Assembly (NCBI GenBank): GCA_963422205.2
Contig: CAXMWX010000003.1
Span: 29,623-93,622, forward strand
Direction of reading: 5' to 3'
DNA from: Gammaproteobacteria bacterium
Lineage (GTDB): Bacteria > Pseudomonadota > Gammaproteobacteria > Eutrophobiales > Eutrophobiaceae
DNA length: 64,000 nucleotides
The notes under the pieces were generated by a model. The model had not been told where the DNA came from and ran no database searches. It was given only the letters and a program-made list of their open reading frames with translations. Both the position numbers and the translations under genes were made by a program. Shown one piece after another: positions 28,866 to 38,601 of the stretch. Each line of letters begins with the position of its first letter. The stretch's first letter is position 1.

Positions 28866-29981
28866 TCAACTCGCCTTGCGCTGCGCCAGCGCCCAGCGCA
28901 CATGCTCCCTGACCAGGGCGGAGGGATGTTCCAGCCGCTCGTTAAGGGCGGCGATGATTCCCGCCGTCATCTCGACACTCACCGCCTTGCCCGCATCATT
29001 CGCATTGCCCAGAACATTACCAAGGGCAACGGCCACATTTCTCAACCAGCGCACATAACCAATGCGCCGGATAGCACTGCCCTCGGTTTTATGCAGGAAC
29101 TCCTGCTCTGTCCAACGGAAACATTGCAGCAAGGTGATGTTATCCAGGCCATGCCGGGGCTGGTAGTCCTGCTCGTCTGAATGGCGGGCGAATTGATTCC
29201 ACGGGCAAACCAACTGACAGTCATCACAGCCGTAGATGCGGTTGCCGATCAGTGGTCGGTAGGCTTCAGGAATCGGGCCATGTAATTCTATGGTCAGATA
29301 AGAGATACAGCGGCGGGCATCCAGCTGGTAGGGCGCCACGATCGCCGCCGTTGGACACACATCCAGGCAGGCACGACAGCTGCCGCAGTGATCGGCGGTA
29401 TAGGGGCGATCTGTGGCCAGTGGCAGATCGGTATAGATCTCGCCTAGGAAAAACCAGGAGCCGGCCTTCTCATGGATGAGGTTGGTATGCTTTCCCAACC
29501 AGCCGAGGCCAGCATTGCGCGCCAGCGGTTTTTCCATGACCGGTGCGCTGTCGGTGAACACCCGATACGCATACTCGCCAATCGCCCGTTCAATTCTCCT
29601 CGCCAGTTTCCTTAACCGCGCACGCATTATCTTGTGATAATCACGCCCCAGCGCATAGCGAGAGATATAGGCCAGCGCCGGGTCGGCCAGTACCTTCTCA
29701 GGCATTGCCCCGCCATGGGGCAGGTAGTCCATGCGGGCTGAGATGATGCGGAGCGTGCCGGGCAACAAGTCCGCTGGCCGGCTGCGCTTCGTGCCATATC
29801 TTTGCATATACGCCATCTCGCCGTGGTGCTGCACGTTCAGCCAGCTCAGCAGCCGGGCCTCATCTGCGCTCAGATCGGTGCCGGTAATGCCGATGTGCTG
29901 AAAGCCCGCCGCCAGCCCCCATGCCTTGATAGCCGCCGCCATTTGCTCGGTGTTGAGTTTCGGGGAGCGCCTGTTGGTCAC
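28866..29981 (-). CDS. queG: tRNA epoxyqueuosine(34) reductase
   Basis: Two 4Fe-4S ferredoxin motifs (CGSCRACLDVCPTAAI, CDDCQLVCPWN) and C-terminal HEAT-like repeats. Confidence 0.9.
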   Translation of the reverse strand: MTNRRSPKLNTEQMAAAIKAWGLAAGFQHIGITGTDLSADEARLLSWLNVQHHGEMAYMQRYGTKRSRPADLLPGTLRIISARMDYLPHGGAMPEKVLADPALAYISRYALGRDYHKIMRARLRKLARRIERAIGEYAYRVFTDSAPVMEKPLARNAGLGWLGKHTNLIHEKAGSWFFLGEIYTDLPLATDRPYTADHCGSCRACLDVCPTAAIVAPYQLDARRCISYLTIELHGPIPEAYRPLIGNRIYGCDDCQLVCPWNQFARHSDEQDYQPRHGLDNITLLQCFRWTEQEFLHKTEGSAIRRIGYVRWLRNVAVALGNVLGNANDAGKAVSVEMTAGIIAALNERLEHPSALVREHVRWALAQRKAS

Positions 29982-30056
29982 GATGGTTATTTACTGCTCG
30001 CCAGTTTATTTGATAGTGCTATGATCGGCCACGATACAGCAGATGGAAAGTTGAGC

Positions 30057-31127
30057 ATGTTTGAATATATCAGCAGTTGGTACAAGCGTTATTTTACTGA
30101 TCCACAGGCCGCCCTGCTGGTTATTCTGCTCATGTTAAGTTTTGTCGTGATTTACTGCTTTGGCGGCATGTTGGCACCGTTGTTGGCCGCCATTATTATC
30201 GCTTATATGCTGGAGGAGCCCGTGCAGAAATTGACCCGCAAAAATATCCCTCATGTTTTTGCCGTCATCGTTGTCTTTACGCTGTTTGTGTTATTTGCTG
30301 CCTTTATCGTCATTGGCCTGCTGCCCATTCTGTCAAGACAAACCAGCCAGTTTTTTCAGGAATTGCCCGGCATGATCACCCGTGGCCAGGGCTTGTTATT
30401 ACGCCTGCCTGAACAATATCCCGGCATCATCTCCGCTGAGCTGGTCACGGACATGAGTGCCACCTTGCGTGGCGGGCTGTCCGAGATAGGCCAGAATATC
30501 CTGTCCATTTCCGTTGCGTCTATTCCGGCCATCATCACGGTGCTGGTGTATCTCGTGCTGGTGCCATTGATGATCTTCTTTTTGCTGAAGGATAAAAACC
30601 AAATCATGACCTGGCTCAGCCGATTTTTGCCGAATGAACGCACGTTGATTAACAGGCTCTGGTATGAAATGAATGAGCAAATTGGTAATTATATTCGCGG
30701 CAAAGTCTATGAGATCATCATCGTGGGGGCCGCTGCGTATGTCTTATTCAGGATAATGGGGCTGAACTATGCCTCGTTGTTGGCCATTACTGTCGGCCTG
30801 TCCGTGCTGATCCCGTATATCGGTGCGGCGGCGGTGACGGTGCCGATCGCTCTGGTGGCGTATTTTCAATGGGGTTTTGAGTCGCATTTTATCTGGCTGA
30901 TGCTGTGCTACCTCATCATCCAGTTTTTAGATGGCAACGTGCTGGTGCCGGTGCTGTTCTCTGATGTGGTGAACCTGCATCCGGTGGCGATCATCATCGC
31001 CATTCTGATCTTCGGCGGCCTGTGGGGGTTCTGGGGGGTGTTCTTTGCCATTCCCCTTGCCACCCTGGTCAAAGCGCTGATCAACGCCTGGCCGACACAG
31101 GAAGAGGAAGCACCACAACCCGGCTGA
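30057..31127 (+). CDS. AI-2E family transporter (PerM/YdiK-like permease)
   Basis: ATG at 30057 (MFEYISSWYKRYF...). Polytopic membrane protein of about 356 aa. The longer ORF start would overlap queG on the opposite strand. Confidence 0.8.
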   Translation: MFEYISSWYKRYFTDPQAALLVILLMLSFVVIYCFGGMLAPLLAAIIIAYMLEEPVQKLTRKNIPHVFAVIVVFTLFVLFAAFIVIGLLPILSRQTSQFFQELPGMITRGQGLLLRLPEQYPGIISAELVTDMSATLRGGLSEIGQNILSISVASIPAIITVLVYLVLVPLMIFFLLKDKNQIMTWLSRFLPNERTLINRLWYEMNEQIGNYIRGKVYEIIIVGAAAYVLFRIMGLNYASLLAITVGLSVLIPYIGAAAVTVPIALVAYFQWGFESHFIWLMLCYLIIQFLDGNVLVPVLFSDVVNLHPVAIIIAILIFGGLWGFWGVFFAIPLATLVKALINAWPTQEEEAPQPG

Positions 31128-31166
31128 CACCCTGCATACAAACGAAGCGGCCTGATTTTAAGCGTG

Positions 31167-31646
31167 TCACTCCGCCGCCGCTAATGCCTTGACGGCCAGA
31201 AGCACCTCATCAACATGCCCCTTCACCTTTACCTTACGCCATTCTTTTTGCAACTTGCCCTCGCTGTCGATTAAAAACGTACTGCGCTCTATACCGAGGC
31301 GTTTTTTGCCGTACATGTTTTTCTCTTTGATCACATCAAATAATCGGCACAATCTCTCATCTGTATCTGATAACAACTCAAACGGCAGCTTGTGTTTGCT
31401 TTTGAAATTCTCATGGGAGGCGATGGAGTCTCTGGAGACGCCCAGGATGACGGTGTTTCTGGTGCTGAATTTACGGATGTTATCGCGAAAGTCCTGCCCT
31501 TGCCGGGTACAGCCGGGGGTGCTGTCTTTCGGGTAGAAATACAGGACAATGTGTTTGCCTTGTAAATCGGAGCACGTGATCGTCTGCTCACCGGTTGCCG
31601 GCAGTGCAAAGTCCGGCACTTTTCTACCTACTGTTGGTGTAGTCAT
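31167..31646 (-). CDS. bcp: Thioredoxin-dependent peroxiredoxin Bcp
   Basis: FYPKDSTPGCTRQ peroxidatic Cys motif, 159 aa. Confidence 0.93.
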   Translation of the reverse strand: MTTPTVGRKVPDFALPATGEQTITCSDLQGKHIVLYFYPKDSTPGCTRQGQDFRDNIRKFSTRNTVILGVSRDSIASHENFKSKHKLPFELLSDTDERLCRLFDVIKEKNMYGKKRLGIERSTFLIDSEGKLQKEWRKVKVKGHVDEVLLAVKALAAAE

Positions 31647-31690
31647 CGTGTTCTCTAAACTCCCGAAATGTGCATGAATGTATTTATTTT

Positions 31691-32224
31691 TTATTTAATC
31701 GGCTCTACGATAGCATCCAGATTCCACTGCTCGCAAAAATCCATAAAATCGTTACGCAAGGCAGCAATAGCCGTATCCACCGGGATATGGATGCTTAGAT
31801 GTATGTTGATCATGGGGGTTGCCGTTTGCGATGCCTCATAGGCGGTCAAATGCAGATCATGGATATGAATATTATTGGTTGAGAAAAACCGCAGCAGCTT
31901 GCTGTGTATGCCGGCTTGATCCGCACAGATAACATCCACCGCATAGGGCAGCGAGCCGCCGGTCGAATGATTCAACTCGGTACGCTTGACCTGTATGGTC
32001 AGATCAGTGCCGCTCGCCAGATTCCCCAGGGCATCTTCCACCTTGGCGATGCCATCCCAATTCCCGGACAGCAGCATGAGCAGGGCCAGTTGCTGACCGA
32101 GCATGGTCATACGGCAGTCATGAATACGGCAGCCGCAGTCTGAGATAGTCTGCGCCAGACGCTCCGGCAGGCTGGCGGAATGATCGCCGAGTACGGTGAC
32201 TGCCAGGTGCAGTGGTTTTGTCAT
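31691..32224 (-). CDS. gcvR: Glycine cleavage system transcriptional repressor (tandem ACT domains)
   Basis: Aligns by eye with E. coli GcvR (CGCRIHDCRMTMLGQQLALLMLLSGNWD). The gcvR-bcp pair is divergent from dapA as in E. coli. Confidence 0.85.
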   Translation of the reverse strand: MTKPLHLAVTVLGDHSASLPERLAQTISDCGCRIHDCRMTMLGQQLALLMLLSGNWDGIAKVEDALGNLASGTDLTIQVKRTELNHSTGGSLPYAVDVICADQAGIHSKLLRFFSTNNIHIHDLHLTAYEASQTATPMINIHLSIHIPVDTAIAALRNDFMDFCEQWNLDAIVEPIK

Positions 32225-32382
32225 CAGATAAGGCGTGTTACTTGCATGATCCGACTAGGGATTGTGCAGACTCATACGGCATTATGCAAGCGGGATGTTA
32301 AGTAAAAACGTATTTTATCGGGCTGTACAGATCGCCATTCCTGGCCTAGTCTTACAGGCATACGCCAGCTGGAGATGCCCCT

Positions 32383-32970
32383 ATGCAACATGAAATCAAA
32401 ACCATTCCGCTTATCCACACCCCGGCCGCTCTGCCTTGTGTGGCCTCTGCCCTGCAAGACCAACAGGTGACCGAAGACCACCCGGCGGTTGCGGTCATGA
32501 CAGACTTTGAACAGGTAAAACCCATCACTGTAGAGCCAGCATGTCATATTAATGTGGCGCTGGAGAGAATGAAAAACTGCGGCGTGCGGCTGCTGCTGGT
32601 GGCCGATGAGCAGGGCGGCATTAATGGCGTGATTACCTCCTATGATATCCAGAGCGAGAAACCGATCAACTATGCCCGGGAAAACGACATCAGCCATACT
32701 GCTATCCGGGTGTCGATGATCATGACGCCGCTGCATGAAACGCCTGCCTTTGACCTCGCCTTTGTCAAACAGTCGCTGGTGCGCCATGTCATCAACACCA
32801 TGAAACAGCTCAGGCGACCGCATACCCTGGTGATTGACACAAGTGAGGAGCAGCAGCGCATCAGGGGCCTGTTCTCAACCTCGCAGATCTCAAAAATACT
32901 GGGGCGCTCGATCTACCAGCCACTACGCAGCGCAGATTCCTTCGCCGAACTCCAGCAGGAGATAGAATAG
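32383..32970 (+). CDS. CBS-domain protein
   Basis: Two CBS-like segments (VMTDFEQV...RLLLVADEQGGINGVITSYDI and MTPLHE...LVIDTSEEQQRIRGLFS). Confidence 0.7.
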   Translation: MQHEIKTIPLIHTPAALPCVASALQDQQVTEDHPAVAVMTDFEQVKPITVEPACHINVALERMKNCGVRLLLVADEQGGINGVITSYDIQSEKPINYARENDISHTAIRVSMIMTPLHETPAFDLAFVKQSLVRHVINTMKQLRRPHTLVIDTSEEQQRIRGLFSTSQISKILGRSIYQPLRSADSFAELQQEIE

Positions 32971-33208
32971 CACCCGCCAACCACGGCATACTGAAGCGAC
33001 ATTGCCTGGTGCTGCCCGGCTGCACCCTCATGAATCCCGACAGGCCAGAGTCCTGCAACAAAGGATCACCGGCTGGCTTGTATTAATGTGTGCAGGACAG
33101 TACCATAACGCCCCGCATGTCCGGCAGCATGGCCGATTGCAAAGTAAAGATATAGCTCAAACACGTAAAGTCATTACGCTGTCATTGTCTTAATCGCACA
33201 GGTAGAAG

Positions 33209-34096
33209 ATGTTGCAAGGTTCTCTGGTGGCTGTCATCACTCCCATGAAATCCGGCATTCAGCCCGATACGCCGCTGGATTGGAATACCCTGGCGCATCT
33301 GGTTGAGTTTCATATCGAACAGGGCACGGCGGGGATCATCGCCGTCGGCACCACCGGGGAGTCGGCCACCTTAACGCTGCCTGAGCATTGCGAGGTCGTC
33401 AGGCAGGTGGTGGCTATGGTGGATAAGCGTATCCCGGTGATCGCCGGCACGGGTGCCAACTCCACGCTCGAGGCATTGGAACTGACGCAATGCGCCAGCG
33501 ATGCCGGGGCCGATGCCTGCCTGCTGGTGACGCCATACTACAACAAGCCTACCCAGGAGGGCCTGTATCAGCATTTCAAAATGATCGCTGAACGTGTTGC
33601 TATCCCGCAGATTTTATATAATGTGCCGGGCAGAACGGCGTGTGATATGCTGCCTGAGACCATCATCAGGCTATCGAAGCTGGATAATATTATCGGCATT
33701 AAAGAAGCCACGGGGGATCTGGCACGTCTGCAACCCTTGCTGGCCGGTTGTCGGCCGGGTTTTTTATTACTCAGCGGCGATGATGAGACAGCGTGTGAAT
33801 TTATGTTAGCCGGTGGTCACGGGGTCATCTCGGTCACGGCCAATGTCGCCCCGGCAGCCATGCAGCAGATGTGCATGCACGCAGTTGCTGGCGAGCGTGA
33901 ACAGGCAAAGCAGATGGATGCGGGTTTATCCGGCCTGCATCAGCAGTTATTTATTGAGGCAAATCCGATCCCGGCGAAATGGGCGGTACACAGGCTGGGG
34001 TTGATTGAAGCAGGTATGCGCCTGCCCATGACCTGGCTGGCAGAGCAATATCATGCCGATGTTGAGGCTGCCATGAAACAAGCAGAGGTTATCTAA
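33209..34096 (+). CDS. dapA: 4-hydroxy-tetrahydrodipicolinate synthase
   Basis: GSLVAVITPM...GTTGESATLT...YNVPGRT motifs. Confidence 0.96.
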   Translation: MLQGSLVAVITPMKSGIQPDTPLDWNTLAHLVEFHIEQGTAGIIAVGTTGESATLTLPEHCEVVRQVVAMVDKRIPVIAGTGANSTLEALELTQCASDAGADACLLVTPYYNKPTQEGLYQHFKMIAERVAIPQILYNVPGRTACDMLPETIIRLSKLDNIIGIKEATGDLARLQPLLAGCRPGFLLLSGDDETACEFMLAGGHGVISVTANVAPAAMQQMCMHAVAGEREQAKQMDAGLSGLHQQLFIEANPIPAKWAVHRLGLIEAGMRLPMTWLAEQYHADVEAAMKQAEVI

Positions 34097-34099
34097 GCA

Positions 34100-35143
34100 A
34101 TGAAAATACTCTCCCCCCGTGTAATGGCTACTGTGCTGTGTGTCTGTTTATTGCAGGGCTGTACCTTTATCCCGAAACTCGACAAGGTGCTGCCTGACAG
34201 GCGCAAAGACTATGAAAAAAGCGAAGCCTTGCCCAACCTGGAACTCCCGCCTGATCTCACCAGCGAGGCGTTTAACGATGACATGTCAATCCCCAATGAG
34301 CGCGCAACGACCTTGTCCCGTTACAAGAATGCACCAGTTGCTGGCCGGGCCGAGACCGGCATCACTGAAGATGAGGAGCAGTGGCTGGCGGTGCCGGGCC
34401 GGGCTGAGGATATCTGGCCGGCCTTGCGCGACTACTTCACCGCAAAAGGCTATCCGCTTGAACTTGATGATGCCGAGCTGGGTGTGCTGGTCACTGGCTG
34501 GTCTGCGCCTGCTGAGAACCCGACCGGAAACGATGGCTTCATCTATCGTAACAGATACAAAATTTTCTCAGAGCCCGGGGCGGATCAAATCAGCACGGTG
34601 TTATTTATCAGCAAGCAGATGCAACAACGTATAGACCAGTCCGGGGCAGAGGGCTGGCTTGATGTGGAACAGGACAGAGAGGCAGAAAAACAACTGGTAG
34701 CTGAACTGGATAATCACTTGTCAGGTAACAGCAGGCAAGGGGCGGATACCGGCGGCGGTATACCGGCACAGCAGGCACAGCCGCAGATGCTTGAGATCGG
34801 TGATGGCAAGTTATACCTGTCCATCCCGGATGAGTTCACTCGTGCCTTTCGAAAGACAGGTCTGCTCATGCAGCAGGCAGGCGTGAAGATAACCGGGCAG
34901 GATAAAACCACCGGCAGCTACAAGATCAGCTATTTTGATGATACGCAAGGTAAGACAGGCTTTTTTTCCAGATTAAAATTCTGGCAGGATGATGCACCAC
35001 AACCGATCATCTATCAGCTTAACCTGACCGGTGTGGGCAACAAGACCGAGTTGATTATCATGGATGAGAACGGTGACTGGGACAGCAGCGAGAATGCCAG
35101 ACGTATCCTGTCGCTGATACAGGAGCGCTACAATGCAGGCTGA
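34100..35143 (+). CDS. bamC: Outer membrane protein assembly factor BamC (NlpB)
   Basis: Lipobox LLQGC, about 347 aa, immediately downstream of dapA as in many gammaproteobacteria. Confidence 0.85.
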   Translation: MKILSPRVMATVLCVCLLQGCTFIPKLDKVLPDRRKDYEKSEALPNLELPPDLTSEAFNDDMSIPNERATTLSRYKNAPVAGRAETGITEDEEQWLAVPGRAEDIWPALRDYFTAKGYPLELDDAELGVLVTGWSAPAENPTGNDGFIYRNRYKIFSEPGADQISTVLFISKQMQQRIDQSGAEGWLDVEQDREAEKQLVAELDNHLSGNSRQGADTGGGIPAQQAQPQMLEIGDGKLYLSIPDEFTRAFRKTGLLMQQAGVKITGQDKTTGSYKISYFDDTQGKTGFFSRLKFWQDDAPQPIIYQLNLTGVGNKTELIIMDENGDWDSSENARRILSLIQERYNAG

Positions 35144-35176
35144 ACCTCATCTTGCAAGCCGTGATTGACTGTAACG

Positions 35177-35878
35177 ATGCTGATCTGCTATCAACATAAC
35201 TTCATTTATCTCAAAGCGCCAAAGACAGCCGGCACATCTGTTGAGATGGCACTTGAGCCGCTCTGTGTGCCTCCGGGGTCGGAAATCAGGGAATGTCGGG
35301 AAGCGATGAGGACGCCTTATGGGATTGTTGGTGCTCGTGGTCCAGCCCCACACCTGCGAAGCGAGCCACTCAAGCGAATAAAACGCCGTCTAGGCTGGCG
35401 TAGTCACAATTCAGCGCGTTACATTCGGCTCCGTATCGGCAAGCAGCGATGGCACCAGAGCATCAAGATAGCCAACATACGCAACCCTTTCGACCAACTT
35501 GTTTCTGCCTATCACTTTCGTTTTCATTACAACACAAAAAAATCAGAGCCTGATTTTGCAGTGCTGCGGAAACATTTTCTGGAGAAAGTTAAAAACAACC
35601 GGTTCAGGCTGCCCTATAACAGAAAAATATTCTTTTTGTTCGGCAATTATATCATTGATAAAGTGATCCGGTTTGAGCATCTCCACGATGATTTAGCCGC
35701 CCTTCAAAACGAGTTAATGCTGCCCATCGATCCGGTTGCTAACCTGCCTCATACCAAGAAGACCTCAAGACGGCATCCGGTTTCGGCGTATTTTGATCGG
35801 CAGGCTATTGAAATTGTGAAGTCACGTTTTGCCTGGGTGTTTGATCGGTTTGACTATCCAACAGAACCAGCGGATTGA
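35177..35878 (+). CDS. Sulfotransferase-family protein
   Basis: N-terminal PAPS 5'-phosphosulfate-binding-type loop FIYLKAPKTAGTSVE, lower GC than the neighbours, and no obvious operon partners. Confidence 0.65.
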   Translation: MLICYQHNFIYLKAPKTAGTSVEMALEPLCVPPGSEIRECREAMRTPYGIVGARGPAPHLRSEPLKRIKRRLGWRSHNSARYIRLRIGKQRWHQSIKIANIRNPFDQLVSAYHFRFHYNTKKSEPDFAVLRKHFLEKVKNNRFRLPYNRKIFFLFGNYIIDKVIRFEHLHDDLAALQNELMLPIDPVANLPHTKKTSRRHPVSAYFDRQAIEIVKSRFAWVFDRFDYPTEPAD

Positions 35879-35991
35879 TGCTGTGCAAGAAAGGCAAGCC
35901 GCGGGGCTTCCTGCCCCTGCTTATTGGCGATGACAATCTGCTTCCGGGCCAGTGGCTTTTGCCCTTTCCATTTATGAGATGGAAGATAACC

Positions 35992-36017
35992 AAGCACGTC
36001 AGACGAAGCACGTCAGA
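35992..36017. repeat. Tandem duplication AAGCACGTCAGA-CG-AAGCACGTCAGA (14-bp period)
   Basis: Read directly, inside the gene-less 35.9-36.5 kb segment. Confidence 0.8.
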
Positions 36018-36527
36018 CATGGAGGCGTTAAATATTACCGTGCCACGCAGTTCCTCATAATAGAACGATCAGGAAGATCATCTGGTCGGTGTCTGTGAAT
36101 GCCGGCCTGCGGTTGGTTCCGGTTATCTTTATCTGAATGGACTGCCATCCGGGGCCTGCCCGTCAATACCCGGTGTGTTTCCGTCAGCCAGTTTACTGTC
36201 GAGAAGTTTGACGGCCACCTTCGCCAATGTCCCCGGCCAGCTTGCCGCCCAGGGTACATGTCAGGCCATATTGTAAAAAATGATCGCACAGCGTGTTGCG
36301 GACGGAAGCCAGCTTCTTGACGACAGGCGAGAGATCGAAAGGTGCTGGTGGATGGCATAGCAAATGAATTAACCCGTGACCATGCCATCCTGTAGTATAA
36401 GAGCCAGCGTTTCCTCAAGAGAGTACACGGGTAATCTCCACATACCTGAAGTTTGTTTGATAATGTAATCTGCGATTTCTTTTATTGTTTTTTGTTTTCT
36501 TTTTACATTTTTAGTTTCCCAGGCATT

Positions 36528-37082
36528 TTACCTGACCACCTGCTGCTTGTCAGGCCGGCGGAACAAGGCGGAGTGCCGCAAGATATGAAAGCTGATCGTG
36601 GCCGAACTGAGCAGCAGTTTGTCATCAGCACTCTTTACCACCGCCCGCAGGCTATGGGTGCCACGGTCAAGGTTTGACAGGTTAAACGAGGTGCTGCCAC
36701 GGCCATACTCCTGGCCATCCAGATACAAAACCACGGTATGCCCGCTGGACAATGCCGGTTCAACCACAACGGACACCGAAACCGTGCCTTCATTGCTGCG
36801 AATGGCCTCATCATTTTTGGGCGATACGATCTGGATTTTTTTATACAGGCTTGTTTTCTTCTGTTGTGGGGTGTATTCGAATTGCCTGTCAGTGGCGGGC
36901 GGAATGCTGATCGGATCGTCAAGCTTAACCTCAACCGAATCATCCGCCGGGGCATCAGAGAAAATAATATTCCCATCCTCATCCACCGTCTTGTAAACCT
37001 TGGCAGACACTGCCGCCTGGTTCAGGCCGAGCAGCAGCAGGAGCAGAAATAATTGTACAGGATTAGGCATGGTATTCAGCAT
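36528..37082 (-). CDS. DUF4124-domain periplasmic protein
   Basis: Internal ATG at 37082 gives a signal peptide (LFLLLLLLGLNQAAVSA) followed by KVYKTVDEDGNIIFSDAP, the hallmark DUF4124 start. Confidence 0.75.
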   Translation of the reverse strand: MLNTMPNPVQLFLLLLLLGLNQAAVSAKVYKTVDEDGNIIFSDAPADDSVEVKLDDPISIPPATDRQFEYTPQQKKTSLYKKIQIVSPKNDEAIRSNEGTVSVSVVVEPALSSGHTVVLYLDGQEYGRGSTSFNLSNLDRGTHSLRAVVKSADDKLLLSSATISFHILRHSALFRRPDKQQVVR

Positions 37083-37273
37083 AATGCAATTCCGCTCATC
37101 TCTCAAGGAGCTGACCGGCTGGTGGTTAAGCGTTCCAAAATCATTGCCTGGTACAAGATGCCATGCGTACTTTCGATGAGGATCACCACCTGTACAAGCA
37201 GGCAGCCGTGCTATACTGCCCCGATGTTTGACAGGGGTTTGCTGCCAGAAGCATGGACAGGAGCGCAGAGGCA

Positions 37274-38464
37274 ATGACCAACTTCGCAGCGGGCACCATC
37301 TGGGCCGGCGACAACTTGCCCGTCATGCGCGGCATCAACTCCGCCTGCATCGACCTCATCTACCTCGACCCGCCGTTTAACTCCAATCGAAACTACGAAG
37401 CGCCCATCGGCTCCAAAGCCGCCGGCGCCGCCTTCAAAGATGCCTGGACCTTGAACGATGTGGATGTGCATGAGCATGGCGAGCTGGCCGACCGCAGCCC
37501 CGCCGCCTACGCGGTGATCGAGGCGGCGCGCCAAGCCCACGGCAAAAGCATGATGAGCTACCTTATTTTCATGGCCGTGCGCCTCTTGGAGATGCAACGC
37601 ATCCTCAAACCCAGCGGCAGCATCTACCTGCATTGCGACCCAACGGCGAGCCATTATCTCAAACTTTTGATGGACGGGATTTTTGGGCGGGGTAATTTCA
37701 GAAATGAAATGATCTGGTGTTACAGCCGACCATCAGCACCCAAGCAACGTCAACTCTCGCGGGTTCATGATACCCTGCTCTGGTACAGCATGGGTGAGAC
37801 TTGGACGTTTAACGCCGATGCCATCCGTCAACCCTACGCCGCCGGCAGCCGCTCCCGCGAGGGCTATGCGGCGACCAAATCAAAAGTGGCAAAAGGTGCG
37901 GTGGCGCTGGATGAGCGCGGCAAGTTTCCTGAAAGCTGGATATACATCCCGCCCATCAAGGGCAATTCAAAAGAATATGTCGGCTACCCCACGCAGAAGC
38001 CGTTGGCCCTGCTGGATCGGATCATCAAGGCCAGTTCCAACGAAGGCGACCTGGTGCTGGACCCCTTTTGTGGCTGTGCGACCACGCTGGTGGCCGCCGA
38101 CCGCTTGCAGCGCGACTGGGCCGGGATTGACTTATCGCCACTGGCCATCAAGCTGGTGAACGAACGCATCGCCGATGACCGGGGATTATGGGGCGGGGCC
38201 ATCGCGCTCGATGGGCCGCCAGCGCGCACCGACTTGGGCAAGCTGCCCAGCTACCGCACCCACCGCCACCGGCTGTATGGCGAACAGGAAGGCATCTGCA
38301 CCGGTTGCGAGACGCACTTTCCCTTTAAGGTGATGGAGGTAGACCACATCCTGCCGCGCAGCAAAGGCGGCACCGACCACCCCGACAACCTGCAACTGCT
38401 TTGCTCACACTGCAACCGCAGCAAAGGTGACCGCACCATGGCCGAATGGAAGGCTAACCAATAA
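37274..38464 (+). CDS. Beta-class N4/N6 DNA methyltransferase fused to a C-terminal HNH nuclease domain
   Basis: Motif IV IYLDPPFNSN, motif I LDPFCGCATT, then CTGCE...EVDHILPRSKGGTDHPDNLQLLCSHCNRSKG (HNH with two CxxC pairs). About 63% GC in a counted line. The start is ATG at 37274 or 37253. Confidence 0.85.
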   Translation: MTNFAAGTIWAGDNLPVMRGINSACIDLIYLDPPFNSNRNYEAPIGSKAAGAAFKDAWTLNDVDVHEHGELADRSPAAYAVIEAARQAHGKSMMSYLIFMAVRLLEMQRILKPSGSIYLHCDPTASHYLKLLMDGIFGRGNFRNEMIWCYSRPSAPKQRQLSRVHDTLLWYSMGETWTFNADAIRQPYAAGSRSREGYAATKSKVAKGAVALDERGKFPESWIYIPPIKGNSKEYVGYPTQKPLALLDRIIKASSNEGDLVLDPFCGCATTLVAADRLQRDWAGIDLSPLAIKLVNERIADDRGLWGGAIALDGPPARTDLGKLPSYRTHRHRLYGEQEGICTGCETHFPFKVMEVDHILPRSKGGTDHPDNLQLLCSHCNRSKGDRTMAEWKANQ

Positions 38465-38536
38465 TTATCCAGCAGGGATTAATACCAATTAGAAATTGAA
38501 AAATGTCTTTTTATTTTACCTTCCGTATTTTCCCTC

Positions 38537-38569
38537 AAACCTATAAGGTTTTAGAAACCTTATAGGTTT
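38537..38569. terminator. Perfect 15-bp stem hairpin (AAACCTATAAGGTTT-tag-AAACCTTATAGGTTT) between the convergent MTase-HNH and glnA genes
   Basis: Read directly. The stem is AT-rich and no clean U-tract follows, so a terminator function is only plausible. Confidence 0.45.
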
Positions 38570-38601
38570 ATACCCCCCCAATACAGGGAATGACATCAGG
38601 A

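Noticed and set aside
29802-30056. Long N-terminal extension of the AI-2E transporter ORF.
   Set aside because: It would overlap the queG 5' coding region on the opposite strand by 180 nt. The membrane protein proper begins at MFEYISSWYKRYF (30057).
36035-36418. 127-codon minus-strand ORF in the bamC-glnA patch.
   Set aside because: It is Arg/Trp/Pro-rich and has no RBS. Neighbouring frames contain more protein-like fragments. I interpreted it as one frame of a decayed gene, not an intact CDS.
38571-38580. C7 run next to the glnA stop.
   Set aside because: It is short, lies between convergent gene ends, and has no obvious functional context.
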